Shown here piece by piece: positions 57,535-64,000 of a DNA stretch of 64,000 bases. The DNA lies in the IMG/VR virus record IMGVR_UViG_3300002595_000019, positions 19,513 through 83,512 of that record; one strand, given 5' to 3'. The position numbers were made by a program, and so were the translations under genes. The notes below the pieces were generated by a model. It was given only the letters and a program-made list of their open reading frames with translations. It searched no databases and was not told the DNA's origin. This stretch comes from a virus. The first letter of the stretch is position 1; every line of letters starts with the position of its first letter.

Positions 57535-58830
57535 TTGCAGATAACCGAAAGTCTTATAAAGCAGTGCTTGACTGAGTTGGAGAGTAACTCAAGTATCAAG
57601 CAGAAGTATAAAGATTATTATGAGGGAGACCACAGCATACTTAAGGATTATGACATGCAGGACAGCAGAAGTAACCGAAAGCTTATATTCAACTTCCCTC
57701 GTAAGTTTGTAGATAATGAAACAGGCTACCTTCTCGGAAAGCCTGTTAATTTTGTATCCAAAAGCGATGATAAAAGCATCATTGACTGCATTGACAGGAA
57801 CAGCAGCCATTGGGACAAGGAGCATAATATTTCTCTACGAAAGCAAAGCGAAATTTTCGGTGAGAGCTATGAGTTAAATTATGTCAATACCGATGGAGAA
57901 TTCTGTGCAACAATTCTGACACCATTGGAGTGCTATGTGTTAGAGGATGGGACAGCTGAAAGGAATGTTCTGCTGGCAATACACAAATTCAAAAGAAGGT
58001 TTGATGATATTGAATACCTTGATGTTTATACTGATGCAGAAATACTACATTATAAGCTGGTAGAGGATTCTGAAATTGAACTTGTCGGAAAACACAATCA
58101 TATATTCGGAAGAGTTCCTGTAATTGTGTGTCCTGCCAACAGCGAACGTAAAAGCGGATTTGAAGATTTGATAAGCCTTTTTGACTCATACAATGCTTTG
58201 AATTCGGACTTGGTCAATGAAATCGCCGACCACCGCAATGCTTATCTCATTATTGAAAATGCAAAAATTGAAGAAGAGGATTTGCTCAAGATGAAGCAGA
58301 TGGGTATCATCCAAGTACCAAAGGGTGGAGCGGTAAAGTGGCTTACAAAAGATATTAATGATTCCTTTGTAAAAAATGAACTTGAGAATATTGAACGTAA
58401 AATCTATGACATGATGGATGAAGTAAATTTCAATGAGAACTGGGCATCCAATACATCTTCGCTGGCTCTTAGGAATAAGCTGCTAAACCTTGAAAACAGA
58501 GTATCAATGCGACAGGCTTTTATGGAAAAAGTAATCAAAGAAAGGCTGAAGAATCTGTTTATATATATCCGCAAGAAAGAAGGAAAGGTCTTTGATTATA
58601 GGGATGTGGCAGTTAAGTTCACCAGAAACCTTCCTACAGACCTTGTTGGACTGGCAGATGTAATTGTAAAACTTAAAGATGTCTGCTCACAGGAAACACT
58701 GCTTACATTGCTGCCATTCATTGAGAATCCAGCAGTAGAGTTGCAGAAATATTTAAAGGAAAAGGCTAATTCCGTTGAAGGGAGTGATTTAGAAAAAACA
58801 TCAATTGAAACCGCAGTAATAAGAAACTAA
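57535..58830 (+). CDS. Portal protein, SPP1 gp6-like
   Basis: YYEGDH, NFPRKFVD...GYLLGKPV, GRVPV, DSYN...SD..N, SSLALR.KL, FTRNLP. Confidence 0.92.
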   Translation: MQITESLIKQCLTELESNSSIKQKYKDYYEGDHSILKDYDMQDSRSNRKLIFNFPRKFVDNETGYLLGKPVNFVSKSDDKSIIDCIDRNSSHWDKEHNISLRKQSEIFGESYELNYVNTDGEFCATILTPLECYVLEDGTAERNVLLAIHKFKRRFDDIEYLDVYTDAEILHYKLVEDSEIELVGKHNHIFGRVPVIVCPANSERKSGFEDLISLFDSYNALNSDLVNEIADHRNAYLIIENAKIEEEDLLKMKQMGIIQVPKGGAVKWLTKDINDSFVKNELENIERKIYDMMDEVNFNENWASNTSSLALRNKLLNLENRVSMRQAFMEKVIKERLKNLFIYIRKKEGKVFDYRDVAVKFTRNLPTDLVGLADVIVKLKDVCSQETLLTLLPFIENPAVELQKYLKEKANSVEGSDLEKTSIETAVIRN

Positions 58831-58891
58831 AAATATGCGTTCTTAGTTCCTTTAGAGTTAAGAGGGCGAAATAATAAGGAGGATTTTTATT

Positions 58892-59476
58892 ATGACATTT
58901 GAAGAAGTAAAAGAGTTTTTAGAAAGTGAAGCTGGAAAAGCTTCAGAAGTAACAGCATATTTGCAGGGGTTAAATCCATTGACTGTTGCAAGGGTGCAGG
59001 AATATATCGATAAAACGCCTGAAGGAAAATCATGGGCTGATTCTGTAAAGGATAAGCATTTACAGAAAGGACTTGAGACATGGAAAGCAAATAATCTGGA
59101 ATCACTTCTCAACGATGAAATTAAGAAGAGATTTCCTGAAAAGGATGAAAAGGAACTTGAGGTTGAAAAGCTGAGAGCCGAGATTGAAAAGATGAAGCAG
59201 GAAAAGCTGAGAGAAACTCTCACTAATAAAGCCATCAAAATAGCAAATGAGAAGAATCTGCCGATTGAATTGGTGGATTTTTTTATTGGTGCAGATGATC
59301 AAGCCACTGTTTCAAATGTTAAGGTTCTGGAGGATACCTTTGGGCAGTACGTACAGAAAATGGTTGAGCAAAGGCTCAAGGGTGATGGCTATGTCCCACC
59401 AAAGGATAATGATGGAAGGCAGAGCAACTTAGAAAGTCTGTCTATGGAAGAATATATCAAAGCGAGAAGCAAATAA
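58892..59476 (+). CDS. Capsid scaffolding protein (DUF4355-like)
   Basis: KGLETWK, LPIELVDFF, RLKGDGYVP; between portal and capsid. Confidence 0.8.
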   Translation: MTFEEVKEFLESEAGKASEVTAYLQGLNPLTVARVQEYIDKTPEGKSWADSVKDKHLQKGLETWKANNLESLLNDEIKKRFPEKDEKELEVEKLRAEIEKMKQEKLRETLTNKAIKIANEKNLPIELVDFFIGADDQATVSNVKVLEDTFGQYVQKMVEQRLKGDGYVPPKDNDGRQSNLESLSMEEYIKARSK

Positions 59477-59502
59477 AAATTGAAAGGATATGGTGATTTA
59501 TT

Positions 59503-60627
59503 ATGGGAAACACAATTTTAACTCCATCTATTATAGCAAAGGAAGCGTTGATGCAATTAAGAAATAATACGGTAATGGCAAGTCTGGTACATAGGGATTA
59601 TTCACAGGAATTTGTTGCTGGAGTGGGTAATACAGTTACAATCAGAAAACCAGCTACTTTTGAAGCACAGGAATTCAATAGAAGTACAGGTATTCAAATT
59701 CAGGATGCTACTGAAGGTTCTGAATCTGTGGTATTGGATAAGCTTTTGGATGTATCCTTTGAGGTAACATCTGAACAGCTTACTATGGATATAAGGGATT
59801 TCAGTGAACAATTGCTGATTCCAGCAATGCAGGGTTTTGCTAACAAAATTGACCAGTATTTATTGGGTCTCTATAATGAGATTCCTTTTAACTTCGGTAC
59901 AGCAGGAAGCACTCCTTCCGAAATTAGCGATATAACTGGTGCAAGGAAAGTATTAAATGATAATAAAGTACCTTTTGCTAACAGAAATCTTGTTGTTGAT
60001 ACTGCTGCGGAAGATAAATTTCTGCAATTGGCTACATTCCATGAAGCAGATAAAGTAGGTGATGATGGTACTGCATTAAGAGAAGCTTCTCTTGGTAGAA
60101 AGTTCGGATTCAATATCTTCATGGATCAGAATGTTAAGAAGCATACCAAGGGTACTTTGACAGGAGACGAAGGGACAATCAAAGTAAAAGGTGCTGTCAG
60201 TGCTGGTGCAACTCAAATTGTGATTGACGGTGCAAACCTTACTGGAACCCTTGTCAAAGGTGATGTTATAGCAATTAGCGGTAAATCTTATGTAGTAACC
60301 GAAAATGCAACAGCTGCAGCCAACGAAATTGCTGTAAAACTTTATCCTGAAACAACGGAAATTGCAAATGATACAGAAGTTGCTATTGTATCAACACATA
60401 CAGCAAATCTTGCATTCCATAAAAATGCTTTTGCATTGGTAAGCAGACCGCTGGCATTGCCAAGAGGGTTGAGTTCCGAGCAGAAGGCAATTGTAAACTA
60501 TGATGGATTTGGTTTAAGAGTTATTTATGATTACAATAGCCAGTACAAGAAGGATGTTATTTCAATTGATATGCTTTGCGGAGTAAAGACTTTAAGTCCA
60601 GAACTTGCTTGTAGACTATTGGGATAA
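59503..60627 (+). CDS. Major capsid protein, P22 coat family
   Basis: MGNTILTPSIIAKEAL..L.N, GNTVTIRKP, NLAFHKNAFALV.RPL..P, SIDMLCGVK. Confidence 0.9.
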   Translation: MGNTILTPSIIAKEALMQLRNNTVMASLVHRDYSQEFVAGVGNTVTIRKPATFEAQEFNRSTGIQIQDATEGSESVVLDKLLDVSFEVTSEQLTMDIRDFSEQLLIPAMQGFANKIDQYLLGLYNEIPFNFGTAGSTPSEISDITGARKVLNDNKVPFANRNLVVDTAAEDKFLQLATFHEADKVGDDGTALREASLGRKFGFNIFMDQNVKKHTKGTLTGDEGTIKVKGAVSAGATQIVIDGANLTGTLVKGDVIAISGKSYVVTENATAAANEIAVKLYPETTEIANDTEVAIVSTHTANLAFHKNAFALVSRPLALPRGLSSEQKAIVNYDGFGLRVIYDYNSQYKKDVISIDMLCGVKTLSPELACRLLG

Positions 60628-60678
60628 TAATTAAAACTGGGGGTGTACCGTTTGGTGCATCCCCTTTTAAATTTAAGG

Positions 60679-60909
60679 ATGGTGAGGTTTTTGAAATGTC
60701 CATTTTGCAATATTGAATACAATTCTCCCGAAACATTTAATGTCCATATTCAAGGTTGCTACTATAAGGAGTGCCCTATACCAGTACAAACAGACTTTGA
60801 ATTACTGACGTATCAGGAATTGAAGGATATGGCTCTTTCAAAGGGTATTAAGGCAGGAAGTATGAAAAAGACAGAAATTATCAAAGCACTAAAAGAAACG
60901 GAGGTATGA
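60679..60909 (+). CDS. Small protein with C2HC zinc finger and HeH/Rho-N-like C-terminus
   Basis: CPFC-x12-H-x3-C; LTYQELKDMA..KGI..SMKK.EII.AL; start uncertain. Confidence 0.6.
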   Translation: MVRFLKCPFCNIEYNSPETFNVHIQGCYYKECPIPVQTDFELLTYQELKDMALSKGIKAGSMKKTEIIKALKETEV

Positions 60910-60913
60910 TATC

Positions 60914-61219
60914 ATGCTTGAGACCGTAAAAATGTTACTTGGGATAGATGTAGCAGATACATCAAAGGATATGATTTTGAATCACTTTATAAATCAGGCA
61001 ATAAGACTTGCATTGTCTTATTGCAATGTATACGAATTGTCTGCCGAATATGATGGAGCAGTTGCTGATTTGGCTGTATTTCTTTATAAAAACAAGGATA
61101 GTGTCGGCTATAAGCAGAAGACAGAGGGAGAGAGAAGTGTAACATATGAAGGTGGAGGAATTCCAGAGAATATAAAATCAGCATTGCCGCTACCTAAAAT
61201 TAAGGTCGGGTGTGAGTGA
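60914..61219 (+). CDS. Head-tail connector (gp6/gp15-like)
   Basis: VKMLLGI..KDMILNHFI, KTEGERSVTY. Confidence 0.8.
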   Translation: MLETVKMLLGIDVADTSKDMILNHFINQAIRLALSYCNVYELSAEYDGAVADLAVFLYKNKDSVGYKQKTEGERSVTYEGGGIPENIKSALPLPKIKVGCE

Positions 61220-61494
61220 TGTTTAATGATACATTAGTAAAAATATATTCAAGCCCTAATTGGCTTTCTTATATTAAATCCATCTATGCAGATTTTCAGC
61301 CTTATACCAAAAGCATAGTATTTGAGGATGGCTTCCAAATTGATATCACAAACAGGATATTTTGTGATATTGATAGTTCAATTAATAAAAACAGCTACAT
61401 GGAAATTGATAATGAAAAGTATAAAGTTATGGATTTGAAGAAATGGGATAATTATTTGGAAGTTTACCTGTACAAGTTAAAAAGGCAGGTGTAG
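61216..61494 (+). CDS. Putative head-closure-like protein
   Basis: Coupled; C-terminal EIDNEKYKV.D.K.WD.Y.EV.L beta-barrel pattern. Confidence 0.55.
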   Translation: MMFNDTLVKIYSSPNWLSYIKSIYADFQPYTKSIVFEDGFQIDITNRIFCDIDSSINKNSYMEIDNEKYKVMDLKKWDNYLEVYLYKLKRQV

Positions 61495-61500
61495 GTTATT

Positions 61501-62652
61501 ATGCAGGATATAGATGAAATGATAGATTTTTTTCTTTATGAAAAAGGTGAATATATCAAAATCAATGGTGTAGACCAAATTGGAATAATAATGGATGCAG
61601 TTGACAAACTGACTTATTATGATGATAAGATTATTCGCTGCAAATGCCAGATAAAAACAGGTGATATTGTTGAATATAACAATTTAAAATATATCATTAT
61701 CAGCCAGATTGATAAGGAAGAAAACTCGTTTAAAGCAAGGATTAGAAAATGCAGCTACAGAATAGCTTTTAACTGGTCTGGTAATATCAAATGGTTCGAC
61801 TGTATTGAAGAAAGTAAAGTTTTTGATGTTTCAACGGGGACATATATATCTGTAGCTTCAGGGAATATTTATATAACCGTACAGTACAATGCGGATACAA
61901 GAAATATCGCTTTGAATAACAGATTCTATGTTACCAACCAACCTTTCAAAATTACTGGCATTGATAAATCTCAAGAAGGACTTATAAAATTTAACTGTGC
62001 ATTGGATTCTATAAGTACATCCTATGACGATGTTGAAAATAACATAGCTGACAGATGGCGTTATGAAACAGGTCATACCTATACATTAACAATAAATAAC
62101 GGAGACACAGCAAATGTACTTGTTAACAATGTTTTTCAGTTAAATGTGTCGGCAACTGACAATGGCTCTGCAATTGCTAATCCTGTGATTACCTATACGA
62201 GCAGTGATCCTAATGTTGTAAGTGTTGACAACACAGGAAAAGTAATGGGTATTTCGCTTGGGCAGGCTTTGATAACTGCAAAACTTACTTACCATGATAC
62301 GATTTCAGATTCCATTACAATAACATCAGTAGAGACATTAACGCATAGTTATACAATAAGCATTTCTGGCAGCAGTACTATAAAAATAGGGCAGAGCCAG
62401 TCTTATGTAGCACATATTTATGACAATGGTGCGGAAGTTTTTGATAAATCTGTAGTTTGGAGTGTTAGAAATCAAGATGGAACTACTTCCCCAGCTTATT
62501 CCACAATTACAGCAAGTACAGGAAATAGTGCCACAATTAAAGCCAATAGTAGCAGTACTTATATTAATAGATATACTGTTCTAAAAGCTACACTGTCAGA
62601 TGATTCGACAGTATTTAAAGAATTCTCAGTACAATTAAAATCACTATTCTAA
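61501..62652 (+). CDS. Virion protein with C-terminal Ig-like (Big_2) domains
   Basis: ITYTSSDPNVVSVDNTGKVMGISLGQALITA; second Ser/Thr-rich beta domain. Confidence 0.8.
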   Translation: MQDIDEMIDFFLYEKGEYIKINGVDQIGIIMDAVDKLTYYDDKIIRCKCQIKTGDIVEYNNLKYIIISQIDKEENSFKARIRKCSYRIAFNWSGNIKWFDCIEESKVFDVSTGTYISVASGNIYITVQYNADTRNIALNNRFYVTNQPFKITGIDKSQEGLIKFNCALDSISTSYDDVENNIADRWRYETGHTYTLTINNGDTANVLVNNVFQLNVSATDNGSAIANPVITYTSSDPNVVSVDNTGKVMGISLGQALITAKLTYHDTISDSITITSVETLTHSYTISISGSSTIKIGQSQSYVAHIYDNGAEVFDKSVVWSVRNQDGTTSPAYSTITASTGNSATIKANSSSTYINRYTVLKATLSDDSTVFKEFSVQLKSLF

Positions 62653-62658
62653 ATCAAT

Positions 62659-62686
62659 GGCAGGCTTGAGGGCTTGCCTTTATTTT
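62659..62686 (+). terminator. Terminator closing the head operon
   Basis: GGCAGGC-TTGAGG-GCTTGCC-TTTATTTT. Confidence 0.75.
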
Positions 62687-62712
62687 ACCACTTTTCTGAA
62701 AGGAGCATGTTT

Positions 62713-62865
62713 ATGAGCAAAACACCAAATGTAGAATATTTGCTCAGTGTTCATTATCTCAAGAAGTTGAGAGAAAAGGGGTTCATAACATACGAGCAAT
62801 ATGATGAAATCGATAGATTAAACAGAATTTCATTTTTAAAGGGTCAAGGGCAAAAATCTGCCTAA
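62713..62865 (+). CDS. Small SHOCT-like protein preceding recombinase
   Basis: LKKLREKGFITYEQYDEID..N. Confidence 0.7.
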   Translation: MSKTPNVEYLLSVHYLKKLREKGFITYEQYDEIDRLNRISFLKGQGQKSA

Positions 62866-62880
62866 GACCCTTATTTTAAC

Positions 62881-62909
62881 TTTACTTATTGCCACACTGA
62901 TTATATCAT
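62881..62909 (+). promoter_or_regulatory. Sigma-A-like promoter of recombinase
   Basis: TTTACT-17-TATCAT. Confidence 0.6.
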
Positions 62910-62952
62910 GTGTGTACCCAAGTGCTATATTTAAAAAAGGAAGGAGATTCTT

Positions 62953-64000
62953 ATGGCAAATGCAATAAAAAAGGTTCAAGTATTACAGCCAATTCAAAGA
63001 CAGGAGAATTCTGAAAACGCAATAAACACAGCAAAGAGGAGAGTTTGTGCATACTGTAGGGTGAGCACTGATTCCGATGAACAAATGGAGAGCTACAATG
63101 CTCAGGTTAGTGAATACAAGAAAAAGATTGCTGAAAATCCAGAGTGGAAATTCGTTGACATATATGCCGATGCTGGAATAAGCGGAACAAATGTTAAGCA
63201 CAGACTTGCATTTAATAGAATGATTAAAGATTGCCAAAACGGGTTGATAGACCTTGTTATTACAAAGTCCATTTCCAGATTTGCAAGAAATACAGTGGAT
63301 TGTCTGAAGCATGTAAGGGAATTGAAAAATATTGGAGTTGAAGTATTCTTCGAAAAAGAAAATATATATTCCTTTGACTCAAAAATGGAATTGGTTCTGA
63401 CCATGCTAAGTTCTATAGCCCAAGAGGAAAGCCGAAATATTTCTGAGAACACAAAATGGGGACTAAGAAAACGCTTCAGGGATGGGGTTACAATTTGCAA
63501 TACAGAAAGGTTTCTTGGTTATGATAAAGATGAAAATGGCAATCTTGTGATTAATGTGGAGCAAGCTGAAATAGTAAGAAGGATTTTCAGAGAATACCTC
63601 GATGGTAAAGGGTATGCTGCCATAGCGAGAGGACTTGAAGCCGATGGAATTAAAACCATAGCTGGTAAATCAAAATGGTGGGATTCCAGCATTAGAGGAA
63701 TTCTTGAAAATGAAAAGTATTATGGAGAGCTTCTTTTGCAAAAAACTGTGACAGTTGATTACCTGACCAAGAAAAGAGTTGATAATGATAACCTTGAACC
63801 AATGTACAGAATTGAAAATAATCACGAGCCGATTATATCGAAGGAAATGTTTGAACTTGTTCAGCAGGAACGAAAGAGACGCTTTGAAATTACAAGGGGC
63901 AGAAATGAGGACAGAAGAAAGTATACCAATAAATATGGTTTCAGTGGAAAGTTGTACTGTGAAAAATGCGGAAAAACTTTGAAACGCAGACACTGGAACA
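62953..64000 (+). CDS. Large serine recombinase (3' truncated by window; absent from ORF track)
   Basis: [37 protein letters not shown]; SD AAGGAG. Confidence 0.93.
   Translation, partial: MANAIKKVQVLQPIQRQENSENAINTAKRRVCAYCRVSTDSDEQMESYNAQVSEYKKKIAENPEWKFVDIYADAGISGTNVKHRLAFNRMIKDCQNGLIDLVITKSISRFARNTVDCLKHVRELKNIGVEVFFEKENIYSFDSKMELVLTMLSSIAQEESRNISENTKWGLRKRFRDGVTICNTERFLGYDKDENGNLVINVEQAEIVRRIFREYLDGKGYAAIARGLEADGIKTIAGKSKWWDSSIRGILENEKYYGELLLQKTVTVDYLTKKRVDNDNLEPMYRIENNHEPIISKEMFELVQQERKRRFEITRGRNEDRRKYTNKYGFSGKLYCEKCGKTLKRRHWN

Larger units (their letters stand above)
33720..64000 (+). mobile_element. Element 2: AT-rich integrated element with type I R-M, single-subunit RNAP, helicase, head genes only, serine recombinase; right end outside window
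   Basis: Begins after the rlmD scar; composition shift; own replication, packaging and integration genes. Confidence 0.8.

Overview
The window appears to hold two adjacent integrated elements from a Clostridia-type (Firmicutes) host. Nearly all real genes are on the + strand. (1) Bases 1 to ~33.6 kb are the right part of a complete, moderately GC-rich siphovirus prophage. It carries a DNA-modification module (SAM-synthetase-like gene, ParB-fused methylase, C5 methylase with a nested alternative-frame ORF), an HK97-type head, a long tail, a GH18 tail enzyme, holin/endolysin and a three-gene serine-recombinase module. Cargo follows: a GmrSD-like operon, then four unrelated AT-rich genes each bounded by a 14-bp quasi-palindrome, which looks like a cassette array. 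This ends at att-like scars of the rlmD/rumA 3' end. (2) From ~33.7 kb to the window end is a second, AT-richer element. It has an HTH regulator and a type I R-M system, a 1166-aa single-subunit two-barrel RNA polymerase (YonO/cellular-RdRP-like, DxDGD), an SF2-like helicase with an adjacent origin-like region, and a Xer-like recombinase with a dif-like site. Its head module is complete (TerS, TerL, SPP1-type portal, scaffold, P22-type coat, connector, Ig protein) but runs straight into the terminal recombinase module with no tail, tape-measure, baseplate or lysis genes. The best candidates for undescribed biology are this RNAP-encoding tailless capsid-forming element, the palindrome-bounded cassette array, and the dual-coded methyltransferase. 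All family assignments come from motif recognition by eye; no database searches were run.
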